A stretch of DNA of 64,000 nt, taken from the NCBI GenBank assembly GCA_965224245.1, contig OZ245046.1, forward strand, positions 96,001-160,000, written 5' to 3'. The number at the start of each line of letters is the position of its first letter. Positions within the stretch are counted from its first letter, which is position 1. The notes under the pieces are model-generated. The model was given only the letters and a program-made list of their open reading frames with translations. It ran no database searches and was not told the DNA's origin. The DNA is from Candidatus Eiseniibacteriota bacterium (GTDB taxonomy: Bacteria > Eisenbacteria > RBG-16-71-46 > CAZAMP01). The position numbers and the translations under genes are program-made. This document shows, one piece after another, positions 30,473-40,243 of the stretch.

Positions 30473-32962
30473 CTATGCTTCCGACGCACTTATCCTTCGA
30501 AGCGCGACCCTGACCCGCTCGAGGATGGCGTCGAATCGCGGATCTCCCCGGAGCCCATCGAGAAACCAGTCGTGCTCGGCGATGTAGAGGTAGCTGAGCA
30601 GGCCGAGGTCAACCGCGCGCTCGATCCACCTCAGCGCCGCTTCCCGTTCTCCCGCCAGTGCGTAGCAGTGGCTCAGCTCCCGCGCGAACATCTCGTTGCT
30701 CTCGGCCGCGGCCTCGAACTCGGGAGTGATTGCCCGCACCGCACGCTCGGGCTCGCCGCGAAGTGCGTGACCGAACGACCGGGCGTACGACGCGAACACC
30801 GTCCCGGGGAACCGCTCGGCGGCCTCCTCGAGCGCCGACGCGGCCTCATCCGTCCGTCGATCGTAGGCCAGCGCCCAGCCGTAGAAGACGGCCGCGAACG
30901 GGCTCTCGGGATCCATCTCCCGGCAGCGACGATAGGCACCCACGGCGTCCGCGTACCGGCCCTCGAAGATCGGAACCAGCCCTTGCACGCCGATGACGAG
31001 GGGGGTGAGGGGATCCAGCTCGAGGACGCGCTCGAAGAGTGTCCGGGCGTCGTCGTTCCGGCCGATGTGGATGTAGACGTACCCGAGGAGGAGCATCGTG
31101 TCGGGATCGTCGGGGTCCAGCGCGTGCGCGTGCTCGCCCAGCCGGACCGCGTCGGCGATGTCGCCACGGTGGAACGCCGCCCATGCCTTGAGCCAGTGTC
31201 CCCGAGACGAGGCCGGGTTACGAACGAACACCTCGTCGGCCAGTCGGTCGATCTGCTCCACCGCCGAGCCGTCCGGATCGAGCCCGACCTCCGCGTGCAT
31301 GGCCGTGATGTGACCCAGGGTCGCGACGAGCAGCTCGTTGTCTCCCACGATCTCCCTGGCCGCGTCGATGTACCGCCTTGCGCGTTCGAGCCCCTCCGCC
31401 GAGAACCGCCAGGCCTCGTACCGCGCCCGCAGATACGACTCGTAGGCCCGGGCATCCCGGATGGGCCGGTCGGATCCGCGGACGATCTCGTCGGGCGAGA
31501 GATGTAGCCGGAGGGCTCGGGCGACCGACCGCGCCACCTGACCCTGCATCTCGAAGACGTCATCCAACGTGCCGTCGAAGGCATCGGTCCAGACCTGGCA
31601 ATCGTCCCGTGCGTCGATCAGGGCGGCCGTGATCCGGACCGCGCCACCCACTCGCCGCACGCTCCCGTCCACGAGGTAGCGGACGTCCAGATCGTGGGCG
31701 ACCGTCACCGGATCGAGCTCGCGTCCCTTGAGACGCATCGAGGATCCGCGAGAGATGACCCGGAGAGAACGGATCCGGGACAGGTCGACGATGACCTCCT
31801 CGGTGAGACCATCCACGAAGTACTCGTCCTCCGGATCCGAGCCGACGTTCCGGAATGGAATCACCGCCAGCGACGGGTTCATGTCGCTCGCGACCGCATC
31901 CGCCACGGACCGCAGCTCGGCAAGCAGCGTCGCCGCGCTCGCGTGCCGCCGGGATCGGTCTCGACTCAGGCAGCGGTGGACGGCGTGGCACAGCTTGGGC
32001 GGCACCTCGGGGCACAGACTCTCGAGCGGTACGAATTCCTCATGGCGGATGGCGTGCACCACGTCCTCATCCCGCTCTGCCACGAACGGGCGGACTCCGG
32101 CGATGATCTCGTACATCAGCACACCGGTCGACCACAGGTCCGCGCGGTGATCGACCTCGTGTCCGTCCAGCTGCTCGGGACTCATGTAGGCGATCGTTCC
32201 CCCGTGGTCCCTCACGCGCCCCGGGTCGGCGTCGGACCGCCGGGCGACGCCGAAGTCGATGACCTTCACGATGCCCCGATCCGTGACGATCACGTTCCCG
32301 GGCTTCACGTCGCAGTGCACGATGCCCGCCTCGTGTGCTCGCGACAGCGCATCGACGAGCTGGAGCGCGTGGCCGAGCGCGACACGATAGGGCAGTCTGC
32401 CCCGACGGATCTTTCGGGCAAGCGTCTCCCCGGGGTAGAAGGCCATGACGATGTAGTGACGGACCTGCGGATGCTCTGGCGTGGGCTCGGTCGCGCCGAT
32501 CTCGTGGACGACCGCAATGTTGGGGTGATCCAGGGCGGAGGCGGCTCGTGCCTCGCGGATCAGCCGTTCGCGGCCCGCCCCGTCCCGTTCGAAGGCGGGC
32601 GGCAGGAACTTCAGCGCGACCTCCCGATCGAGCTCGACGTCGCGTGCGCGGTAGACGACGCCCATGCCGCCCCCGCCGAGCCGCTCGAGGATCTCGTAGC
32701 CGCCGATGCGCTCACCGGCTCCGGCCACGTTCTCGTCGAGAGCCCGGAGGGCGTCCGGGAACACCCGCTCGCCGATCGACTCCAGGAACCGCGGCGCCGC
32801 GTCATGAGAGCGGAGGAGCGACATGAGCTCCGCTGCCAGGTCGGGACGTCCTCTACACGCCCCCTCGATGAAGGCCGCCCGTTCCCCCGCCGGGATCGAA
32901 AGGGCCCGGTCGAACAGCTCTGTGAGACGGTCGCGATCGGCCTCGCCGCGGCGGCCGGTCAT
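30473..32962 (-). CDS. Ser/Thr protein kinase with TolB-N-like (adenylate-cyclase-associated) domain and TPRs
   Basis: [39 protein letters not shown]...[10 protein letters not shown]...LRVISRGSS; TPRs ending LRGDPRF; ATGA-coupled to the sigma gene. Confidence 0.92.
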   Translation of the reverse strand: MTGRRGEADRDRLTELFDRALSIPAGERAAFIEGACRGRPDLAAELMSLLRSHDAAPRFLESIGERVFPDALRALDENVAGAGERIGGYEILERLGGGGMGVVYRARDVELDREVALKFLPPAFERDGAGRERLIREARAASALDHPNIAVVHEIGATEPTPEHPQVRHYIVMAFYPGETLARKIRRGRLPYRVALGHALQLVDALSRAHEAGIVHCDVKPGNVIVTDRGIVKVIDFGVARRSDADPGRVRDHGGTIAYMSPEQLDGHEVDHRADLWSTGVLMYEIIAGVRPFVAERDEDVVHAIRHEEFVPLESLCPEVPPKLCHAVHRCLSRDRSRRHASAATLLAELRSVADAVASDMNPSLAVIPFRNVGSDPEDEYFVDGLTEEVIVDLSRIRSLRVISRGSSMRLKGRELDPVTVAHDLDVRYLVDGSVRRVGGAVRITAALIDARDDCQVWTDAFDGTLDDVFEMQGQVARSVARALRLHLSPDEIVRGSDRPIRDARAYESYLRARYEAWRFSAEGLERARRYIDAAREIVGDNELLVATLGHITAMHAEVGLDPDGSAVEQIDRLADEVFVRNPASSRGHWLKAWAAFHRGDIADAVRLGEHAHALDPDDPDTMLLLGYVYIHIGRNDDARTLFERVLELDPLTPLVIGVQGLVPIFEGRYADAVGAYRRCREMDPESPFAAVFYGWALAYDRRTDEAASALEEAAERFPGTVFASYARSFGHALRGEPERAVRAITPEFEAAAESNEMFARELSHCYALAGEREAALRWIERAVDLGLLSYLYIAEHDWFLDGLRGDPRFDAILERVRVALRRISASEA

Positions 32963-33558
32963 CCCGGGGACTCCATCTCGCGATGGAGCCAGGCCTGTGC
33001 GATGACCCAGCCCCGTTTGACCGTGCGCGGCGAGATCTCGAGCGCGACCGCGGTCTCCTCCGTGGTCATCCCCCCGAAGAAGCGACACTCGACGATTCGG
33101 CTACCCCGCGGGTCGACCTCCTCCAGCCGCCGGAGCGCATCGTCGAGCGTGACCAGGGTCTCGAGCAACCGCCAGCGTTGATCCACGTCCGGGATCTCGT
33201 CCGGCGATGCCTCGCCGTCCGGCCCGAGCGCGACCACGGTGACTCCGCCACCTCGCTTCAGAGCTCCCCGGTCTCGCGCGTAGTTGCAGAGGATGTGGCG
33301 CATGGCTCGGGCCGCCAGCGAGCGGAAGTGAGCGCGGCTCTCCGCTCGCACCCGACGCTGGCCCAGGAGGCGAACGTATGCCTCGTGCACGAGCGCGGTG
33401 GTGTTGAGCGTGTAGTCGCCTCGCCAGCGGTGGCGCTGGCGGCGGGCCAGCTCCTTGAGCTCGTCGTAGATGAGCGCGAAGAGCTCGTCCAGCGCGGCCT
33501 GATCGCCACGCTCGAGATCCGCGAGCAGCCTCGTCACAGTTTCCTGGTCGTCACTCAA
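32959..33558 (-). CDS. ECF RNA polymerase sigma factor, TIGR02999-like
   Basis: TTG start after GGGGGA; IYDELKELA, TLNTTALVHEAYVRL, AMRHIL, VECRFFGGMT...TVKRGW. Confidence 0.92.
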   Translation of the reverse strand: MSDDQETVTRLLADLERGDQAALDELFALIYDELKELARRQRHRWRGDYTLNTTALVHEAYVRLLGQRRVRAESRAHFRSLAARAMRHILCNYARDRGALKRGGGVTVVALGPDGEASPDEIPDVDQRWRLLETLVTLDDALRRLEEVDPRGSRIVECRFFGGMTTEETAVALEISPRTVKRGWVIAQAWLHREMESPG

Positions 33559-33829
33559 CCGGGTGTCCCCCGAGAAGCGGCCGGTTCGGACGACCGGCAA
33601 GACCGCCGGTCGAGATGCCTTCACCATACCACCCCGCGGGGCGGATTCCGCCTCACCCGGCCCCGACCGGCAGGCGCTCGCCACGTCCCAAATCCGTGAT
33701 CCGAAATCACTTGCCGGTACCCAGGCCCGTGCGTCCCCGACCCGTGGCCCCTTCCTCCGCGAGACCGGGTATCTGGGATTGAAGGCCGCCGCGTTCACCG
33801 TCGGCCAGAAACCAACCCAGGAGGATCCG

Positions 33830-34369
33830 ATGAACTCGCTCAAGCTGACCGCCCTGATCGTCGCACTCGCCGCCACCACCGGCTGCGATCGCACCACCGC
33901 ACCAGGTGACGCCGCCCATGTCGCCACTCACTCTCTGCGCAGCCCCGATCACGTCGCCGTGGCTGGCACATTCGCCCAGACCGGGATCACGAGTCTCGAC
34001 TATCGACCCGTGGGCGACACGACGATCATCGAACAGACCTCCGTCGGCTCGATCTCGGGCACGATGAACGGAGGCTACTCGGACGAGATCCGCGTGGTGG
34101 TCGCTCCCAACGGCTCCTTCACCGCCGAGTTCACGATCACCGCCGAGTGCTCGGTGAACGGTCGGAGTGGCGTGGTCGTACTGCAGGCGACCGACGTCGG
34201 AGAGGTGGTCAGCCCGGACCTCGCAACCTTCGCGGGACAGGCCGCGATCGTGGACGCCTCGGGCGAGCTCTCCGGTCTTCGCGGCGTGCTCGAGATCGAG
34301 GGCACGATCGAGTTCCCCAGTGGACTGGCGACCTACGACTACTCCGGCGATCTGCGTCTGCCCAGCTAG
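33830..34369 (+). CDS. Putative lipoprotein, beta-rich
   Basis: RBS GGAGG, lipobox ATTGC-D; divergent from the sigma gene. Confidence 0.8.
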   Translation: MNSLKLTALIVALAATTGCDRTTAPGDAAHVATHSLRSPDHVAVAGTFAQTGITSLDYRPVGDTTIIEQTSVGSISGTMNGGYSDEIRVVVAPNGSFTAEFTITAECSVNGRSGVVVLQATDVGEVVSPDLATFAGQAAIVDASGELSGLRGVLEIEGTIEFPSGLATYDYSGDLRLPS

Positions 34370-34385
34370 ACGGCGCCTGCCAGGC

Positions 34386-34410
34386 CCGGCCCGCCCCGGT
34401 GGCGGGCCGG
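34386..34410 (+). terminator. GC hairpin after the lipoprotein gene
   Basis: 10-bp stem CCGGCCCGCC/GGCGGGCCGG; overlaps the start of repeat copy A. Confidence 0.4.
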
Positions 34411-34549
34411 TGGCGAAGGGCGATGCTTCCGAGCTCGCGGCACGATCGGAAGGCAGACCTCGCGGATCGGGACGGTGACGACTACGAGCATCCGCGTTCC
34501 AGGCGTAGAATGGACGTGTGGACGACGCGGCGAGGCTGGCGAGGTGCCG
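34401..34549 (+). repeat. Intergenic dispersed repeat, copy A
   Basis: Collinear with 37341-37490; 16 mismatches in the first 110 nt by manual count; contains GGCGTAGAAT. Confidence 0.85.
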
Positions 34550-34590
34550 GCCCTGCGTGCATCGCCGAGTGCCGGTGGTTCGAGATCACG

Positions 34591-35028
34591 ATGATCCGGG
34601 AAATGATCGCAGAGGACACCGAGCGGGTCGGGGAGATCTGGCTCGAAGCGTCACTCCAGGCGCATCACTTCGTCCCCGCCGAGTTCTGGCGTGCGGATCA
34701 CCGGGTGATGGTGGACGAGATCCTCCCGGCGGCGAAGGGATACGTCCATCTGACCGGCGGCGTGATCGACGGATTCATCACCAGCCGGGACGGTGTCATC
34801 TTCTGTCTGTTCGTGGATCCCGCCCGACAGAATCGAGGGATTGGTCGCTCGCTTCTCGAGCACGTGCAATCACGGAGCAAGGCGCTACGACTGACCGTCT
34901 ACGCGGAGAATGCCGGTGCCCGTCGTTTCTACGAGCGCCATGGCTTTCGATCCGTGGGGTCGTCGGTATGCCGCTACACCGGACGTCCGGAGCTCATCAT
35001 GACGTGGCGACCGCGTCGGAATCGCTGA
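34591..35028 (+). CDS. GNAT family N-acetyltransferase
   Basis: WLEASLQAHHFV, LFVDPARQNRGIGRSLL, NAGARRFYERHGF. Confidence 0.88.
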   Translation: MIREMIAEDTERVGEIWLEASLQAHHFVPAEFWRADHRVMVDEILPAAKGYVHLTGGVIDGFITSRDGVIFCLFVDPARQNRGIGRSLLEHVQSRSKALRLTVYAENAGARRFYERHGFRSVGSSVCRYTGRPELIMTWRPRRNR

Positions 35029-35056
35029 CGGGAGCACGACGACGAGGAGCGGTCCG

Positions 35057-37144
35057 TTACCGGATGAAGAGCAGCTTCAGGCTCCCAGACTCCTCCGGCG
35101 TGGTCACCCGGACCAGGTAGACGCCGGTCACGACGAGCCTGCCTCGGTCGTCCCGGCCGTCCCAGTGCAGTCTAGCGTCTCCGTGCCCCATCACGCCTCG
35201 TGTGAGACGTCGGACGCGACCTCCACGTGCATCGAATACATCCACGGTCACGAAGCGGTCGCGATCGAGCTCGAGCACGAGCTCGGCTGCGCCCCGGGCC
35301 GGGTTCGACTGCGTCCGGATCAACGGATTGGGCATCGAGGGATCCGCGTCGAACACCGCCGTCACACCGCTCAGGAACTCGAATGCGCCGATGTCCACGA
35401 TCGGCGGTGTGCCGAGACCGGTGTCCGCGGTCGAAGGATCGTCTTGAAACCGCGGCTCTCCCGCGAAGTCCTCCGGCAGCGACTCGGTCCGGTCCTCGTC
35501 GTCGTCGAGATCGCCGACGTCGGCTGGAACCTCGGAGTTGTCGCCGGCGTCGATGGCCGGCGAGCCCGGGCCGAGACGAAAGTCACCCACGCCCGGGTTC
35601 ACGAACAGCGGGTCACCATCGATGTTCCCCTCGCCGGGGTCGACGAGCCCCTGGACCAGACAGAAGGTCATGTCCCTCGGCTCGCCGGCGATCTGTCCCG
35701 CTTCGGACTGATCGCCATTGACGTCGTTGTTCCAGAGCACGTTGTTGCTGACCTGCGCGGCCACCCCACCCTGTGCGACGTTCACCGCTCCCCCCGATCC
35801 AGTGGCCGAGTTCTCGGTGAACGTGTTGCCGCCGATGCGCAGGGCATCACATCGAGAGGTGGCCACGGCACCCCCGTTCGTGGCCTCGTTGCCGTGAAAG
35901 AGGGAGCCGAAGACGTCGAGCGCGCCGGCGCGAGAGTGGACGGGGGATTGAACCTGACACACGCCGCCTCCCCAGACGGCCGAGTTACCGACGAAGCGCG
36001 ATCGGATCACGGTCGCGTCGATGCTCCACAGGAGCAACCCTCCGCCGACCCCGCCGCTGGTGCTGTTGTTCTCGAAGTGGCAGTCCTGAAAGAGTGCCTT
36101 CTCGGTGTCCGGGATCGTCGACAGCCTGAAATGCCAGATGGCCCCTGCCTGAACCAGGGACCGGTTGTCCACGAACGTGCAGCGCAGGAATGTCTTCGAG
36201 GCCGGTTGACGCGGCTCTTGATCGACGATCGCGCCCCCGTACTGCGCGAAATTGCCGGTGAAGGAACAGTCGGTGACGATCAGCTCCCGGGCGGCGGCCG
36301 ACCAGAGCGCGCCGGCAACCTGCTGCTCGGCGAAGTTGCCGGTGAACGCGCAGTCCGTCACGGTGCATGTGACCGTCTCGGTCTCGCTCGGAGCGTAGAT
36401 CGCGAGAGCACCGCCGTTCATGCCCCGGTTGGTCAGGAACTCGCACTCCGTGACGAGATACTCCCCGACTCGCAGGAAGACCGCGCCCCCCAGGCCGCCC
36501 GTGTCCGGCTCGTCCCATCCACACCGGTTGAACTCGAACCGGCAGTTCGAGAGTGTGAAGAGGCTCCGTTCGATGAGCATCCCGCCACCGCCGGTCATGA
36601 GTGCACCGTCGAAGTCGGCGTTGCCGCCGCGAACGATGAACCCGTCGAAGGTGACCGGCTCGATCAGATCGAAGCCCGTGACGACGTGGTGCGCATTCTC
36701 CTCGTAGTTCTGAAATCCGGGCAGGGGGGGAATCTCGCCCGCGCCCACGCGGGTGGGGAACTGGATCACGTCGTCACCGGCGAAGTCGCCGGACAGCACG
36801 GTCGGGTGGGCTCCCGGCACGCGCTCGTCCACGGAAGTCTCGTTGCCGGCGAATCCGCCGTAGAGCGAGACGCCGCTCACCAGCTCGAAGGCGTCGTCCC
36901 GGTCGCCGAGGCCGCGGTCGGGGGTGTATACACCCTCGGCCACCCAGATCTCCTCGATCGCCGGCTCGAGCGTGGCCGCGCTCAGAGCTTGGTGGAGGCT
37001 TCGGTAGGCCTCTGCCCAGCTACCGCCTTCACCTCCGGCGGGGGCGTCGACGTCGACGTAGACGATCGGCTGGGCGGAAACGGCCGCGGCGAGGAGGGCC
37101 GAGGCGGCACATACGACGAATCCTTCGGCGATGGGTTGGGGCAC
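35057..37144 (-). CDS. Secreted right-handed beta-helix (choice-of-anchor Q-like) protein with CTD
   Basis: YVDVDA...GGSWAEAY...IWVAEGVY; repeated FxxN..GGA motifs; NIDGDPLFV...GSPAIDAG...VDIGAFEF; CTD SNPA...FDARGGRVRRL...WDGRD...KLLFIR. Confidence 0.9.
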   Translation of the reverse strand: MPQPIAEGFVVCAASALLAAAVSAQPIVYVDVDAPAGGEGGSWAEAYRSLHQALSAATLEPAIEEIWVAEGVYTPDRGLGDRDDAFELVSGVSLYGGFAGNETSVDERVPGAHPTVLSGDFAGDDVIQFPTRVGAGEIPPLPGFQNYEENAHHVVTGFDLIEPVTFDGFIVRGGNADFDGALMTGGGGMLIERSLFTLSNCRFEFNRCGWDEPDTGGLGGAVFLRVGEYLVTECEFLTNRGMNGGALAIYAPSETETVTCTVTDCAFTGNFAEQQVAGALWSAAARELIVTDCSFTGNFAQYGGAIVDQEPRQPASKTFLRCTFVDNRSLVQAGAIWHFRLSTIPDTEKALFQDCHFENNSTSGGVGGGLLLWSIDATVIRSRFVGNSAVWGGGVCQVQSPVHSRAGALDVFGSLFHGNEATNGGAVATSRCDALRIGGNTFTENSATGSGGAVNVAQGGVAAQVSNNVLWNNDVNGDQSEAGQIAGEPRDMTFCLVQGLVDPGEGNIDGDPLFVNPGVGDFRLGPGSPAIDAGDNSEVPADVGDLDDDEDRTESLPEDFAGEPRFQDDPSTADTGLGTPPIVDIGAFEFLSGVTAVFDADPSMPNPLIRTQSNPARGAAELVLELDRDRFVTVDVFDARGGRVRRLTRGVMGHGDARLHWDGRDDRGRLVVTGVYLVRVTTPEESGSLKLLFIR

Positions 37145-37297
37145 GATACACGCTCCGGGTCGTTGTCAGCTGACGCATCTCATCTCGAAGACGCCCCGCC
37201 GACGCCGATGATACACGCAACTCGTCCAGAGATGAGGCCCGCGGAGTCGGCCGCGGAGTCGTGGACCATCTCGGGTCGGTTACTCGGGGTTCCTCCT

Positions 37298-37313
37298 GCA
37301 AGTGATCACTTGC
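37298..37313. promoter_or_regulatory. Perfect 16-bp palindrome GCAAGTGATCACTTGC, candidate operator
   Basis: Self reverse-complementary; lies in a divergent intergenic region. Confidence 0.45.
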
Positions 37314-37340
37314 CAGGCGTTTGACGGCGCCTCGGCAGAC

Positions 37341-37490
37341 GGCGAGCCGGTGGCGAAGGGCGATGCTCGCGAGCTGACGGCACGATCGGAAAGCAGACCT
37401 CGCGAATCGAGGGAGTGACGATTACGAGCATTGGCGTTTCGGGCGTAGAATGTGAGGTATGGACGACGCGGCGAGGCAGCCCAGATGCCG
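37341..37490 (+). repeat. Intergenic dispersed repeat, copy B
   Basis: Direct-orientation homologue of 34401-34549. Confidence 0.85.
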
Positions 37491-37787
37491 ATTTGGCACG
37501 AATCGCCGAAGCGTCGGTGGATGGTCGGGAGAGGGAAGGCCGGAGGGGTTGCGGCGCATCGCTGCAATCGCACTCGTGTTCGGGGATGGTGGAGAGACAG
37601 AAGCCAGTCACGGAGGTAAGTGCCGACACCGTATCCATGGGCGAGATGGAGAGGAAAGCCGATGTGGAATCGACAGAGCGGACGACGTTCCCGACCTTTC
37701 AGTGCCACCGGCCCGTCACCGACGTCGCCCAGCTCCGGATCACGCCGGCCACCGACACACTGCCGACGTGTCGCGCTTCTCTCGATC

Positions 37788-39995
37788 GTGACGCTCCGCG
37801 TTCCCTCACCCCTCACGGTGGCTGCCCTCCTTCTGATCCCGTCCGGCTCCACTCTCTCGTCGACCGTCCACGACGTCTCCCACCGTACGTTGCTGACCAT
37901 GCTGGGCGAAGCGAGTGAGGACCGCTTCGGCTACGCCTCCAGCGCCGGTGACGTCAACGGCGACGGTCATGTGGACCTCATCCTCGCAGGACCCTTCAAC
38001 GACGCGGGGGGGGCGGACGCGGGGCGGGCGTACATCTACCTCGGCGGACCGGGAGCCGATGCGATCGCAGACGTCGTGTTGACCGGAATCGAGGGCGAGC
38101 ACTTCGGCTTCTCCGCCTCCGGCGCGGGGGACGTGAACGGCGACGGCTTCGACGACGTGATCGTGGGCGCCGGCACGAACTCCCAGGTTGCGACGTCGGC
38201 GGGGGCGGCCTACGTGTACTACGGTGGTGATCCGATGGACGCAACCATCGATCTCACCTTCCTCGGCGGCTCGGCCGACGATCAGTTCGGGATCTCCGTA
38301 TCGGGCGCGGGGGACATGAACGGCGACGGGTTCGGCGACGTGATCACCGGCGCGTTCCTGGATGACACGAGCAGCAATACCGCCGGCCGCGCGTATGTCT
38401 TCTACGGAGGCGCCGCACCCGACACCACCTCGGATCTCCAGCTGGACGGAGAAGCGTTCAACGACTTCTTCGGTCGATGCGTCTCGGGGGCGGGGGACAT
38501 GAACGGCGATGGCTATGACGACGTGGTCGTCGGGGCGCCGGGCTTCTCGGGCTTCAGCGGCAAGGTGTACATCTTCTTCGGTGCGGCGGCTCCCGACACG
38601 ATCCCCGACCACACCATCGTCGGAGAGTCGCTCGACCAGCTGGGCCGCTCGGTCTCGGGCGCAGGGGATGTGAACGGCGACGGTCGCGATGATGTGATTG
38701 CCGGCGCTCACCTGCACGACGACCCGATCTTCGGCACGACGGACGTCGGAGTCGCCCATCTGCTCTCGATCGGTCAGAGTGGGACGCTGTTGACGTTCTC
38801 CTTCGCCGGCACCGAGGAAGCCGGACAGCTCGGCTACGGGGTGTCCGGGGCAGGCGATGTGAACGGCGATGGCTTCGACGACGTGATCGTCGGCGCGTTG
38901 CTGGAAGACGCGGGTAGCGTGCCGGGCTCCGACGTGGGACGCGCACACATCTTCTTCGGGAGCGATGCGCTCGACATCCTCGACACGAGTGCCGACCTCG
39001 TGCTCAACGGGACGACCGTGGGCGAGCACTTCGGCGACATCGTCGCGGGTGCGGGGGACTTCACGGGAGATGGGTTCGACGACCTGATCGTGGGTGCGAC
39101 GGTGAACGACGAGTCCGGTGTCAACGCGGGCAAAGCGTATGTCGTCGACGTGTACCGCTACGTTCTCGTGTCCCCCCACGGCGGTGAGATCTGGCCGGTA
39201 GGCTCCCTGCAGACGATACGCTGGCTTGGACCGACCCCGGCGGATCTGCTGCTCTCGGTCGACGGCGGGTTGTCCTACGACGAGATCGTGTCGAACGCCG
39301 GAGGGAGCGAGAGCAACGTGACCACCCTACGGGTTCCGCACGCGCCGACCCGATTCGCGGCGTTGAAGGTCGTGCCCGCCGACGACACCGTGCTCGGGAG
39401 CGCAACGTCGGACTCGCTGTTCACGATCGACGCGTCAATCGTGCTGGGGTTCCTTCGAGCCGATCCGGCACCCGACGGATCGCGCGGCGTCGTCGTTTCC
39501 TGGAGTACCGATCCTGGGCCGGAGGATCTTCGCGGGTATCGTCTGGAGCGGACGACCGCGCAGGAGGACTGGGACACCATGGTGGAGCTCACCACCGACA
39601 CCGAGCTTCACGACCCCGCCGGGACGCCCGGCACACGCTATCGTCTGACGGTGATCAACGGGCTCGGGGAGTCGCTCGTACTGGGCGAGACCACGGTCGC
39701 TCCTTCGGAGCTGCTGGCCGCGACGCCGCTACCCTATCGGGGGGGAACGATGGCGATCACGTTCGCGACCTTCGGGGGCCAAAGCGAGGAGCTCGGCGAT
39801 GCCGAGGTCGCGCTGTTCGACATTGCCGGGCGTCGGGTCCGCCTCATCGCATCGGGCCGCCATCCGGCCGGCCTGCAGCGGACGAGCTGGGACGGCCGGG
39901 ACGAGGTCGGACATCTGGTACCGCCAGGGGTGTACTTCCTGCGGGTGCAGTCGGGAGGGCCGGTCACGACCCTGAAGCTGCCGGTCGTCCGATGA
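37788..39995 (+). CDS. Secreted FG-GAP (integrin-alpha propeller) repeat protein with CTD
   Basis: Seven (G)AGD(V/M/F)(N/T)GDG..D repeats with FG/GA(P) motifs; CTD FDIAGRRVRLI...WDGRD...GVYF...KLPVVR. ORF open from 37620, start uncertain. Confidence 0.9.
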   Translation: MTLRVPSPLTVAALLLIPSGSTLSSTVHDVSHRTLLTMLGEASEDRFGYASSAGDVNGDGHVDLILAGPFNDAGGADAGRAYIYLGGPGADAIADVVLTGIEGEHFGFSASGAGDVNGDGFDDVIVGAGTNSQVATSAGAAYVYYGGDPMDATIDLTFLGGSADDQFGISVSGAGDMNGDGFGDVITGAFLDDTSSNTAGRAYVFYGGAAPDTTSDLQLDGEAFNDFFGRCVSGAGDMNGDGYDDVVVGAPGFSGFSGKVYIFFGAAAPDTIPDHTIVGESLDQLGRSVSGAGDVNGDGRDDVIAGAHLHDDPIFGTTDVGVAHLLSIGQSGTLLTFSFAGTEEAGQLGYGVSGAGDVNGDGFDDVIVGALLEDAGSVPGSDVGRAHIFFGSDALDILDTSADLVLNGTTVGEHFGDIVAGAGDFTGDGFDDLIVGATVNDESGVNAGKAYVVDVYRYVLVSPHGGEIWPVGSLQTIRWLGPTPADLLLSVDGGLSYDEIVSNAGGSESNVTTLRVPHAPTRFAALKVVPADDTVLGSATSDSLFTIDASIVLGFLRADPAPDGSRGVVVSWSTDPGPEDLRGYRLERTTAQEDWDTMVELTTDTELHDPAGTPGTRYRLTVINGLGESLVLGETTVAPSELLAATPLPYRGGTMAITFATFGGQSEELGDAEVALFDIAGRRVRLIASGRHPAGLQRTSWDGRDEVGHLVPPGVYFLRVQSGGPVTTLKLPVVR

Positions 39996-40243
39996 GGCGA
40001 TGAAGAGCAGGTTGAGCGCACCGTCGGACGCGATGACCTTGGTGATCACCTGATCCGTCGCGTCCCCGCCATCGATGGTTACTGCGTCGTGACCCGGCCG
40101 CGGGAGTGCCTTGGGAACGATACAACAGGAGACGTCGAACGGATGAGATTCGCCGAGAGATCACGCACGCCGGCCATACCCCCTGACTCCAAGACGCCCG
40201 TGCGCCCTCCGTCCGTGGACGCAGGTGCGCCGGGCTCCGCCCG

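Noticed and set aside
34401-37490. Repeat pair as DGR template/variable repeats or IS ends
   Set aside because: Mismatches are not adenine-specific, both copies are intergenic, no reverse transcriptase or transposase is present, and no terminal inverted repeats were seen.
37940-39100. Regularly spaced GGGGACGTGAACGGCGACGG-like repeats as a CRISPR array
   Set aside because: They are in-frame FG-GAP protein repeats, degenerate and too widely spaced; no cas genes.
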